From an uncultured Chloroflexia bacterium (lineage in GTDB: Bacteria; Chloroflexota; Limnocylindria; Limnocylindrales; CSP1-4): a stretch of 64,000 bases of DNA. The first letter of the stretch is position 1. Every line of letters starts with the position of its first letter. The translations under genes and the position numbers were made by a program. Of the stretch, positions 40,540 through 49,670 are shown one piece after another. The stretch lies in assembly GCA_963817245.1 (NCBI GenBank), contig CAWFNQ010000003.1:43238-107237 (forward strand), read 5' to 3'. Under the pieces are notes generated by a model that saw only the letters and a list, made by a program, of their open reading frames with translations, was not told where the DNA came from and did not search any database.

Positions 40540-40959
40540 TCTCCGAGCGGCGTAATCGTCCAGGCCCTTGTCGTAGGTGGCCCACCTGGCCCACAGGCGT
40601 GGGCGCTCGTCCGGGTCGGCCGCGCGAGCGTGGACGGCGCGCGACCCACTGGGCAGATCGACGGTCGCGTCCGGATGCGCCTGCAGGTTCAGCCACCAGG
40701 CCGGCTCGGGGTCGGCCCAACCGTTCATGGCCATCGTGACCAGGTCGGGACCGTCCTCGAAGTAGCCGAGGATGGCCGTCCGCTCCTCACCGCTGCGACG
40801 CCCGACCGTCCGCAGGCGCAGCATGCCCCAGCGGTCGGGCGTCGCGGTCCGGAGGCCGACCCGGCCGCCTGTGAGGGCATAGACGGCACGCTGCAACACC
40901 CAGAAGGTCCGGACGAACCAGCGCGGCGGGAGTGGCGCGCGTGACTTGGACGCCATCAT
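40492..40959 (-). CDS. deazaflavin (F420)-dependent nitroreductase family protein (Ddn/DUF385-like)
   Basis: 155 aa from ATG 40959, which overlaps the upstream stop (ATGA). LRLRTVGRRSGEERTAILGYFEDG, NGWADPEPAWWLNLQAHP and the RLWARW pattern. Confidence 0.85.
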   Translation of the reverse strand: MMASKSRAPLPPRWFVRTFWVLQRAVYALTGGRVGLRTATPDRWGMLRLRTVGRRSGEERTAILGYFEDGPDLVTMAMNGWADPEPAWWLNLQAHPDATVDLPSGSRAVHARAADPDERPRLWARWATYDKGLDDYAARRSRETAVVIFEPRPAP

Positions 40960-41687
40960 GCCGTCGCGTGCGCGCCCGCCAGCGGGGTCTTGATCGCCGG
41001 TGCTGACGGGATCGCCCGCACATCGAACCCCTTGGCGATCAGCCAGATCGCCAGGACCATCTCCTGGAGGCCGATCGGGACGTTGAGCAACGTGTTGACC
41101 GAGGTGAGGCCGAACTCCTGGACGAACCCCGCGTACACGGTGGCCACGAGACACAGCCCGGCTCCGATGAGACCCCAGCCCGAGAGCCACCGAGGCACGA
41201 GTCTCGACCGGTACAGCAGGGAGTAGTACATCAGGGCTCCGACCGCGAACGAGAGCAGCCCGAGGAACCCGAACACCCAATCGCGGACCGCGAGCAACGT
41301 GTCGCCGACGACCTGGGACGAGGCCGCAGTGACAGGGCCTGCTGCTACCGACGCCTGACCCAAGCTGAGCAACGCCAACAGGCTGAGCGTCGCGACCAGG
41401 AGGAGCATGCCCTCGACGGTCCTGGCCGCCACCGACCCTAGGGCGAGAGACCGGTCGTACCCTCTGAGGACCGGGTAGAGGCCGATCGCGATGCCCGCGC
41501 ACGTGGCAGCCCAGACGATCTCGATCAGCGCTGTCAGGACCACCGCGCCGCTGTTCGCCGCGAGCTGAGCGAGATAGTCCGGGCTCTCGAGCGTCGAGCC
41601 CAGGGGCGCGATGCTCAGGATGCTGGCAACCGAGCAGGCGATGAACAGGATCCCGACGGCGATCGCGTTTCCTCGATATGTGGCCAT
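40956..41687 (-). CDS. DUF4386-like integral membrane protein
   Basis: Track ORF 40956..41942 trimmed to ATG 41687 after GGAGGG (MATYRGNAIAVGILFIACSVASILSIAPLG). It has about 6 helices. The discarded 85 codons are Arg/Gly/Pro-rich. Confidence 0.72.
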   Translation of the reverse strand: MATYRGNAIAVGILFIACSVASILSIAPLGSTLESPDYLAQLAANSGAVVLTALIEIVWAATCAGIAIGLYPVLRGYDRSLALGSVAARTVEGMLLLVATLSLLALLSLGQASVAAGPVTAASSQVVGDTLLAVRDWVFGFLGLLSFAVGALMYYSLLYRSRLVPRWLSGWGLIGAGLCLVATVYAGFVQEFGLTSVNTLLNVPIGLQEMVLAIWLIAKGFDVRAIPSAPAIKTPLAGAHATA

Positions 41688-41947
41688 GTCGTCCCTCCGG
41701 CGTCGACCGGCGCCCCTGCTCGGGCGCACCGGTGATGTCTCTGAGCGTGCCGCTCGGCGATGCTGCCGAGCGCCTCGGGCGTCTTGGCGAGCGGGTAGAC
41801 CCTGGTCGATGACCTGGTGACTCGCCCCGGACGGGTCGTCGCCGGGACCGCAGGAAGACACCCGAGTGAGGTCGGGCGTCGAGGCGCCCGTGCCCCCCGA
41901 CGGTGGCGTCTCAGGGACCGCACCGCCAGTGCCGTGCGTCACGATGA

Positions 41948-42030
41948 TTCGCAGCTAAGCGCCCATCGGTAGGGTTTGGGTCGACGTCTCGCCGCGTCGG
42001 TAATGCATCCGACGTCCATCGGGAGACAGG
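41948..42030 (+). promoter_or_regulatory. promoter-like plus hairpin-leader element, copy A (paralogue of 45456..45540)
   Basis: TTCGCA (41948-53) N16 TAGGGT (41970-75), then TCGACGTCTC-GCCGCGTCGGTAATGCATCCGACGT. It lies in a 450-nt gene-free gap, with no + strand gene downstream. Confidence 0.4.
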
Positions 42031-42140
42031 CGGCCGGTAGCAGTGATCGTGTCTGATCGGCAGCTCACCTCACGCCGGCTCGGCAGGGCCGCCGCGGCCG
42101 CCGGCACAAGGGCCGGCCCCGCGAGGAAGCTGCGTACCGG

Positions 42141-45100
42141 TCACGGCGAGTAGGTGAAGGTCCCCGCGCCCGTCAGCCATGGTCGGAACTGGTTGCTCCG
42201 CCACGAGTAGATGAAGCAATCGCCGGGCGACGTGATCACGTAGCTGCGACTTCCGACCGTGGCGCTGCCGTAGTGGTTCTCCCCACTGGCGACGCAGTAG
42301 ACCCCGATGTTGCCCGAGTCACTGAGCGCACTGGTCAAGGTGATGGTGACGGCGGTGCCGGCGATCGGGTTGAAGAGACCGCTCAGGCGATTGGCGACCG
42401 AGGGTCGGTTATCGGCGATCCCCGCGAACGAGAGTGCCCCGCCCGGCGCCGCGGGGGGCGGCGCGACCGGTACCTTCGTGGTGAAGGAGCCGGCTCCCGT
42501 CAGGCCGGGCCGATAGGCCGAGTTTCGCCACGAGTACACGAAGCAGTTGCCGCTGGTGGTCGTCAGACCCCAGCGATGCGTGCCGACCGTTCCGTTCTCG
42601 TAGTGGTTCTCTCCGGTCGCGGAACAGAAGACGCCGATGTTGCCTGGATCACTGAGGGCGGTCGTGATGGTGATCTCCACCCCTAGCCCGTTGCTCGGCG
42701 AGAAGTAGTCCGACAAGCGGTTCACCGGGGTGCTCGCGGTATCGGGGCTGCCGGGGAATGTCAACGCGGTGGACCCTGGCGGGGTCGGCGTCGGCGTGGG
42801 GGTCGGGGTGGGGGTCGGGGTCGGGGTCGGCGTGGGGGTCGGCGTGGGGGTCGGGGTCGGCGTGGGGGTCGGCGTCGGGGTGGGGGTCGGCGTCGGCGTG
42901 GGGGTCGGCGTCGGCGTGGGGGTCGGCGTCGGCGTGGGGGTCGGCGTCGGCGTGGGGGTCGGCGTCGGCGTGGGGGTCGGCGTCGGCGTGGGGGTCGGCG
43001 TCGGCGTGGGGGTCGGCGTCGGCGACGGCGTGTACGCGAACGTCCCCGCTCCGGTCAGCAACGGCCGGTACTGGTTGCTCCTCCACGAGTAGATGAAGCA
43101 ATCGCCCGGTTTCGCGATCGTGTAGGTCCTGGTGCCGACCGTGGCCGGCCCGTAGTGGTTCTCGCCACTGGTCACGCAGTAGACGCCGATGTTGCCCGAG
43201 TCGCTGAGGGCGCTGGTGAGGGTGATGTCGACGGTCGAGCCGGCCAGCGGTGTGAACAGGCCGGTGAGTCGGTTCGACAGCGTGGGCCGCTTTTCGGCGG
43301 CGCCCGCGAACGAGAGGGTGCCGTTCGGCGTCGCGGGTGGTGGCTCCGTCGACGAGGTCGTGAACCAGCCGGCGCCGTTCAGGCCAGGCCGATACGACGA
43401 TCCCTTCCACGAATACACGAAGCACGATCCACCGACTGACGTCAGACCCCAGCGATGGACGCCGGGCGTCGCGGCTTCATAGTGGTTCTCATTCGATCCC
43501 TGGCAGAACACCCCGATGTTGCCGGTGTCGTTCAGCGGCGTCGTCAGCCAGATCTCGATGCCGGTCCCGACGGTCGGGGTGAAGAAGCCGGACAGCCGGT
43601 TCACGGTCGTCCCGGCCGTCGCCTGCGTGCCAGGGAAGATGAGCAGCGACGCGTTCGGCGGCGGGTCCGGGAACGGGGCGACCTGGACGGTCACCTGGCC
43701 GGTGTCGATCCCACCGCGACCGTCCGAGACCGCGTAGGTGAAGGCGTCACCGCCGAGGTACCCCGGGTCGGGCACGTAGTGGACGGTGCCATTCGAATTG
43801 ATGCTGGTGGTGCCGTGCAGCGGCGTCGAGACGGTCGAGACCGTCAGCGTGTCGCCGTTGGGATCCGTGTCGTTGGCGAGGACGTTGGCATCGGCCGCGG
43901 TGTACTGGTAGGTCGCGAGGGTGTCATCGCCCGCGACCGGCGGGTCGTTCGGCGGGGGCGGCGGTTCGTAGCCCAGGACCGCCTGGGCCGCGTCGAGGAC
44001 GCCGCAGCCGAAGTCCGAGGCATATCGCGGGTCGCCCGGGGGGATCGGCGTGTAGCCGAAGATGCCCTGCACGCCACTCGCGACGTTGGCGCTCGAACAC
44101 AGCTTCGCGCGGACGTCGTCGAATAGGCCCGGGGCTCCGGTGTCCGTGACCCCGGCGCTGAGCATCAGGGCGACGGTGCCGGCGAGGTGCGGGGACGCCA
44201 TCGACGTGCCGCTCTCCGCCGCGTAGCCATTCGGCGAGCAGAACTCGCAGGAGCCGACGGGGACCGTCGAGATGATCGAATCGCCTGGCGCGGCGATGTC
44301 GACCTCCGGACCGGTGCACGAGTAGCTCGTGATCGCATCACTCGGGTTCGTGTACGTGGTCGACAGGACCTGCGGATACGCGCCCGGATACGCGACGGGG
44401 CAGCCGTTGAAGATGTCCTGGATCGTGACCGCGTTGCCGGAGGCGGCCACCATCAGGAGCCCGGCGGCCGACGCGTTCGCCACCGCGGTCTCCAGGGCCG
44501 GCGACACCTCGTGGGTCCCGAGACTCATGTTGACGACGTCCATGTGGTTGTCGACGGCCCACTGCAGGGCGAGGATCAGGTCGGAGACCTGGCCCTGCCC
44601 CTGGGCGTCCAGGATCTTCAGGGCGTACAGGTCAACGCCCGGTGCCACGCCGACGACCAGGTAGTTGTTCCGCTCGGCCGCGAGGATGCCGGCGACATGC
44701 GTGCCATGGCCGTTGTCATCCATCGGGTCGGCGTCGTGGTTGACGAAGTCGTAGCCTCCTTTGTAGTTGTGCAGGAACTCAGGATCGACGACGGGTGGCT
44801 CCTGCGCGTCCGGCACGTCGTGGATGTAGTCGATGCCGGTGTCGATGACCGCGACCTTGACGCCGGCGCCCGTGATCCCGGCGTCATGGACCGCCTTGGC
44901 GCCGATGTGCGCGACGCCCCATGCGTTGTCGTACTCGAAGTCGCCGGTCGACGCGGCCGAATCGATCGGCTCGAAGGCGGTGATGGTCGCGTCGCGCTCG
45001 ACGGTCTGGACGTTCTTCCCGAGTCGCGCCTTGGCGAGGATGTTGGAGGGCAGGGTCACGACGAGCCCGTTGATGAGCCCAACGCCGCGGCGGACGCTGC

Positions 45101-45308
45101 CGCCGAGCGCCTTGATCGCCTGCTTCTCGGCAGCCCCTGGCTGATGCGTGTAGGTGATGATGGCCGTGACGGGGGGGCCGTCCGGGGCCGATGCGGTCGG
45201 CTCCGCCGCCCCAGCTCCGGCCGGAGCGAGCAGCGTCGTCGCGAGGCCGGCGATCGCCAGGCCGACGGAGAACCGACGACCTCGTCCGCGTCCGCTCGAT
45301 CGAACCAT
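42141..45308 (-). CDS. secreted subtilisin-like serine protease (peptidase S8) with I9 propeptide, cadherin/VCBS-like domain and four C-terminal repeat modules
   Basis: Track ORF trimmed to ATG 45308 (GGGAGGG 6 nt upstream). Signal [24 protein letters not shown]. Catalytic triad contexts [16 protein letters not shown] and [25 protein letters not shown]. Four approx 105-aa modules are split by approx 80 aa of (PT)n. Confidence 0.9.
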   Translation of the reverse strand: MVRSSGRGRGRRFSVGLAIAGLATTLLAPAGAGAAEPTASAPDGPPVTAIITYTHQPGAAEKQAIKALGGSVRRGVGLINGLVVTLPSNILAKARLGKNVQTVERDATITAFEPIDSAASTGDFEYDNAWGVAHIGAKAVHDAGITGAGVKVAVIDTGIDYIHDVPDAQEPPVVDPEFLHNYKGGYDFVNHDADPMDDNGHGTHVAGILAAERNNYLVVGVAPGVDLYALKILDAQGQGQVSDLILALQWAVDNHMDVVNMSLGTHEVSPALETAVANASAAGLLMVAASGNAVTIQDIFNGCPVAYPGAYPQVLSTTYTNPSDAITSYSCTGPEVDIAAPGDSIISTVPVGSCEFCSPNGYAAESGTSMASPHLAGTVALMLSAGVTDTGAPGLFDDVRAKLCSSANVASGVQGIFGYTPIPPGDPRYASDFGCGVLDAAQAVLGYEPPPPPNDPPVAGDDTLATYQYTAADANVLANDTDPNGDTLTVSTVSTPLHGTTSINSNGTVHYVPDPGYLGGDAFTYAVSDGRGGIDTGQVTVQVAPFPDPPPNASLLIFPGTQATAGTTVNRLSGFFTPTVGTGIEIWLTTPLNDTGNIGVFCQGSNENHYEAATPGVHRWGLTSVGGSCFVYSWKGSSYRPGLNGAGWFTTSSTEPPPATPNGTLSFAGAAEKRPTLSNRLTGLFTPLAGSTVDITLTSALSDSGNIGVYCVTSGENHYGPATVGTRTYTIAKPGDCFIYSWRSNQYRPLLTGAGTFAYTPSPTPTPTPTPTPTPTPTPTPTPTPTPTPTPTPTPTPTPTPTPTPTPTPTPTPTPTPTPTPTPTPTPTPTPTPTPTPTPTPTPPGSTALTFPGSPDTASTPVNRLSDYFSPSNGLGVEITITTALSDPGNIGVFCSATGENHYENGTVGTHRWGLTTTSGNCFVYSWRNSAYRPGLTGAGSFTTKVPVAPPPAAPGGALSFAGIADNRPSVANRLSGLFNPIAGTAVTITLTSALSDSGNIGVYCVASGENHYGSATVGSRSYVITSPGDCFIYSWRSNQFRPWLTGAGTFTYSP
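42775..43030. repeat. Pro-Thr codon tandem repeat in the S8 gene, including 7 perfect 18-nt units
   Basis: ggcgtcggcgtgggggtc is repeated perfectly 7 times (42889-43014). Flanking units are degenerate. The - strand reads (PT)n. Confidence 0.88.
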
Positions 45309-45455
45309 CCCCATCCCTCCCTGGCCGCGCTGGGGGACCAGCCTAGGCGCATGTACCCCGCGCAACAAGAGGTCTTGGCGCGGCAATGCACCGAACATGT
45401 CGGCTACCTCGAAAGTCCCTCCTCCGGCAGCCGCAGGCTTCGGCGTCCGGGATAA

Positions 45456-45540
45456 GTCGCAGCTAAGAGGTCACGCCTAGAGTGGGCTTCGACGTCTCCG
45501 CCGCGTCGGTAGTGCCCCCAACGTGGCGAGACGTCGCGTC
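45456..45540 (+). promoter_or_regulatory. promoter-like plus hairpin-leader element, copy B, upstream of comEA
   Basis: GTCGCA (45456-61) N16 TAGAGT (45478-83), then TCGACGTCTCCGCCGCGTCGGTAGTGCCCCCAACGTGGCGAGACGTCG (9-bp stem CGACGTCTC/GAGACGTCG). The comEA ATG is at 45592. Confidence 0.45.
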
Positions 45541-45591
45541 GCTTCGGCGATCGGGTCGGCCCGTCGGTGAGTCCCGCCGGGGAGCGCCGAG

Positions 45592-46345
45592 ATGGATCCG
45601 AACCCGACGCCGTGGCGAACGATCGACGCAGCGGGGCAAAGCCGGGCGGAGCCCGTCGAGCCGAGCGGGCTGGCGCGCCTCCCGCTTGGCGCGTTGGCCG
45701 TCGCCGGCGCGGCGGGGCTCGTGCTCGTCGCGGCATTCCTCCTGGCGTTCGGCGCCGCGTCCGGTGGATCGGTCGATGTCGAGGGGGCCTCGGCCCTCGA
45801 GTCGCCACCGGACGGCGGCGGAGCTGGACGCGCACCCAGCCCCGGCATGTCGCTGGCGGTGGGTGACGTCGGTCCCGACCTCGTCGTCGAGATCGTCGGT
45901 GCGGTCGTCCGGCCGGGGGTCTACCACGTGCCGCCCGGATCGCGGGTCGGCGACCTCGTCCAGGCGGCCGGTGGCTACGGGCCCCGGGTCGATGCAGAGG
46001 CCGCGTCACGGGCCCTGAACCTGGCGGCTCGACTCGCTGACGGCGACCAGATCCGCGTGCCGTCCCGCGACGAGGCCGCAGCAGGAGGCGGTGCAGCGCC
46101 GGCTGGAAGCGAGCCGGCCGGCGGGTGCCGGTAGAGGCACGCACGGCACGCCGGCGGTCGTGGACCTCAACAGCGCCACGAGCGCCGAACTCGAAGCGCT
46201 TCCCGGGATCGGGCCCGCGACCGCCACGAAGATCATCGCGGCCCGTGAGCAGGCGCGGTTCGCATCGGTCGACGATCTCCGGACGCGCAAGCTGCTCGGC
46301 CAGAAGACCTTCGACGGCCTGCGGGACCTCGTCACCGTCCGCTGA
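45592..46345 (+). pseudogene. comEA: ComEA DNA receptor (TM anchor, SLBB, helix-hairpin-helix); one frame change near 46100-46135
   Basis: ORF 45592..46134 holds LVVEIVGAVVRPGVYHVPPGSRVGDLVQAAGG (SLBB). The HhH part [29 protein letters not shown] is in the frame of ORF 46091..46345. Confidence 0.8.
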
Positions 46346-48990
46346 TGCCACGCAGCGCCTGGCTCGCGATCGGGGTCGTCGCGGGCGCCTGGGCGAGCTC
46401 GACGCTCAGTCCGATCGCTGCCGCGGCGGGGACCGCCGTCGCCATGGCCAGCGAGCGCGCTCCTCGTCGCGTCGCCCCGGTGGCGGCAGCGCGCCAGACC
46501 GCTCGCGCTCCTCGCGCTCGGCGGCACGATCGTCATCGCCAGGATCGTCGTGGGTCCGCATGCCCCGGCGGCGACCGGCATCCCGCCCGGCGACGGCCCG
46601 TGGACCGCGGTCGTCGAGTCCATGGGTGCGCCGCGCGACGGCCACCAAACGGCGACCGTCCAACTGCTCGATCCGTCGGGCGGGGCCGGGCCAAGGCTGG
46701 CCGCCACGCTTCCGGTCTTTCCCGAGGCAGCGCCCGGTGATCGGTTGACCTTCGCCGCCGCGATCCAGGCGCCGCCCAAGTCGGCCTATGGCGCGTATCT
46801 CGAGCGGATCGGCGCCGTCGGAACGGTGTCGGTGCGGTCGATGACGATCGTCCGACCGCCCGCCGGCCCAACGACCATCGTCGAGACCCTGCGTCGCGAG
46901 GCGGCGCGCGCCCTCGAGACAGTGCTCCCCGAGCCGGAGGCGGGCCTCGCGGCCGGGATCCTGATCGGCCTGCGCGATCGCGTCGACCGGGACCTGGCTT
47001 CGGCCTTCACGACGGCCGGCGTCAGCCACGTCGTCGCGATCAGTGGCTGGAACATCGCGATCGTCGCGGCTGCTGTCGCCGCCGCGGCCGGTCGGATGCG
47101 TCGACGCCGGCGATCGATCCTGACGATGCTCGCGATCGTCGCGTACGTCGTCTTCGCCGGTGCATCGGCATCAGTCGTCCGGGCCGGAGCGATGGCGGGC
47201 GTGGTCCTGCTCGCGAGGGAGAGCGGTCGCGCGGGACGGGCCGCCGCGGCCCTCGCCTGGGCCGTCGTGCTGCTCCTGCTCGCGGACCCCGGCCTCGTGG
47301 GTGATGCGGGCTTCCAGTTGTCCTCGCTGGCGACGGCTGGACTCATCGCGTGGGCGACGCCGCTCAGCGCGAGGATCGAGCGCCTGGGTCGCGGCCGCGT
47401 ACCGGGGTGGCTGGCCGAGAACCTCGGCGTCTCGCTCGCCGCCCAGGCCGCGACACTGCCGGTCATCCTCGTCGCCTTCGGGCGGCTCAGCCTCGTGGCG
47501 CCGGTCGTCAACCTCGCGGTCGTCCCGCTCGTGGCACCGGCGATGGCCGCCGGGCTGGTCGCGTTGGCCGGCGGCCTCCTGACGCAGGCGGGCGCCCCCG
47601 GCATCATCGGGGCCGTCCTGGCCGTACCCGGATGGATCCTGCTCCGCCTGCTCGATGCCATCGTGATGGCGGCCGCGAGCCTGCCGTTCGCGAGCGTCAC
47701 GCTGACGCCCGACCGTCGCGAGCGTCGCGGCCGTCGCGTGCGTGATGGTCGCCGCCGGCGTCCTGATCCGGTCGCGACGCGGACCGACGCGTGAATCTGG
47801 ACGAGGATCGGCACGGCACCCCGGTCGTCCTGGAGCGAATGCCACCGCGGCCGCACCCGCGACCATCGGTCCGACGTCGCCGGCCCGGCCCACAGCCGCG
47901 CCGCGTGCCGCTCCGCGCTCACCGTGCGATGCGCCGGGCGACGCTGGGGCTCACCGGCGCCATCGTCGTTGCGGGCGCCGTGGTCGTCGGCCGGCCGGCC
48001 GGCCTCGCCCGTATCACCGTCCTCGATGTCGGGCAGGGCGATGCGATCCTCGTCGAAGGGTCGAGGGGCGGGCGTCTGCTCATCGATGGAGGACCCGATC
48101 CCGCGCGCCTCATGGTCGTGCTCGACAGCCGCATCCCGCCGTGGGACCGGCGCATCGATGCCGTGATCCTGAGTCACCCGCACGAAGATCACGTGGCTGG
48201 TCTGGCGCGCCTGCTCGCCCGCTATCGACGTCGGGCGGGTGTTCGAGCCGGGCATGATCGGACCGGGGCCGGGGTACGCCGAGTGGCTGCGCCGGCTTGC
48301 CGGACCCGGGGCGCCCATCCGCCTCGGACTCGCCGAGGGCGACTCGCTGACGGTCGACGACATCGCGATGCGTGTCCTCTGGCCGGAGCGCGGGCGCGTC
48401 CCCCGGCAGCCGCCCGACGGCGGCACGGGCATCAACAACGTGTCCGTCGTGCTGCTCGGCGCCGTGGGCCGGTATCGATTCCTGCTGGCCGGCGACGTCG
48501 AGGAGGACATCGATCCGTCGCTGCTCGCCGAGGGGCTTCCGCGGCTGGACCTGCTCAAGGTGGCGCATCACGGCAGCCGGACGGCGACGACGCAGCCCTT
48601 CGTGGACGCCGTGCGGCCGCGGGTCGCGATCGCCTCGGCCGGGACCGGGAATCCGTACGGGCATCCCGCGCCGTCGACCCTCAAGCGACTCGCCGACGCG
48701 GGGGCCCGCGTGTTCCGGACGGACCTCGACGGGACGGTGGCCGTCACCTTCGCCGACGCCGGCATGGAGGTCGTCGCGTCCGGTGGTCGGGCTGCGGCGT
48801 CGGCCACGGGCCTTGTCGCGGCATCGGTGGCCAACCCCGCCGCGGCCCGGACCAACCGGGTCGTGGCCTTCCGATGCGCGATCCCGGTGACGGGCCTCGT
48901 GCCCGAACGCGAGCCGTCGCCGGTGCCGGTCGCGCCGCTGGCCGTGCGCCGGGGCGGGTCGCCGACCGTCGGCTACCATCGGGACGATGA
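46345..48990 (+). pseudogene. comEC: ComEC/Rec2 DNA internalisation channel with C-terminal metallo-beta-lactamase domain; at least 4 frame changes
   Basis: ATG 46345 overlaps the comEA stop (TGATG). The competence domain is in ORF 46550..47794 (TAGVSHVVAISGWNIAIV, GFQLSSLATAGL). ITVLDVGQGDAILVEG and ILSHPHEDHVAGL are in ORF 47791..48990. KVAHHGSR is in ORF 48239..49240. Shifts lie near 46445, 47705, 47800-47900 and 48228. The true 3' end is uncertain. Confidence 0.8.
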
Positions 48991-49629
48991 CCGTCCCGGG
49001 GCGGGTGGAAGCCGCCTCCCTCCTGCTCTCCCTCGATCCCCCGACCTGGTTGCTGCGACACGCGCGCGCGGTGGCCGAGGTGGCCGCGTTCCTCGCGGCC
49101 CGGATCGACGGCCCAGGGCGTGGCCGTCGACCGGCGGCTGGTCGAGGCCGCGGCCTTGCTCCACGACGTCGACAAGGCCCTGCCCACGAACGATCCGGCG
49201 CGCGAGCTCCCCCACGGCGACGGCTCGGCCGCCTGGCTGACCCGGCAGGGGCATCCGGAGCTGGCGCGGGCCGTGGCGAACCATCCCGTCACGAAGCTGC
49301 TCGACGGGGAGCACTATCGGCGCTGGGCCGCCTTCGCGACGCGCGAGGAGCGGATCGTGGCCTACGCCGACAAGCGGGCCGGCCAGCGCCTCGAGTCGAT
49401 GGACGCGCGGTTCGCCGACTGGCGCCGCCGCTATCCACGGGTCGAGACCGGCGGGGACCGCCGCATGGCGGGCCTGGACGACGAGGCCATCCGGACCATC
49501 CGGGCGCGCGCCGACCGGCTCGAAGCCGACGTCTGTCGCGCGGCCGGGATCGCCCCCGCCGAAGTGCGACGGCTGGCCTGGACCGGCGCGGCGCTCCGGG
49601 CGGCCCGAGCCGCGAGGCGGGCCGCATGA
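48987..49629 (+). pseudogene. HD-domain phosphohydrolase (YqeK-like); one frame change near 49113
   Basis: MTVPGRVEAASLLLSLDPPTWLLRHARAVAEVAAFLAARIDGPG is in ORF 48987..49670. VAVDRRLVEAAALLHDVDKA..HGDGSAAWL..YADKR is in ORF 49120..49629. The junction is a GGG run. Confidence 0.6.
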
Positions 49630-49670
49630 TCCCGCTCCGGGCGGCCCGAGCCGCGAGGCGGGCCGCATGA
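49592..49670 (+). repeat. tandem duplication (38-nt perfect copies, 41-nt period) of the HD-gene stop / holA start junction
   Basis: CGCTCCGGGCGGCCCGAGCCGCGAGGCGGGCCGCATGA occurs at 49592-49629 and 49633-49670. The first ATGA supplies the HD-gene stop and the second supplies the holA ATG. Confidence 0.85.

Noticed and set aside
41945-41960. CGCAGCTAAG (also at 45458-45467 and, more weakly, at 29666) resembles the ACAGCUAAC block near the 3' end of the c-di-AMP (ydaO) riboswitch.
   Set aside because: The other conserved ydaO blocks (ACGGGGA.CCA, GGGGUGAAUC, GUAGGGA, CCGAAUCC) are not present upstream on either strand. The block fits better as part of a -35/spacer region.
42775-43030. Highly regular short repeats (also at 7445-7745) that could be mistaken for a CRISPR-like or noncoding satellite array.
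   Set aside because: There are no spacers. The period is 6/18 nt, in frame, and encodes Pro-Thr linkers inside long ORFs with clear flanking domains.
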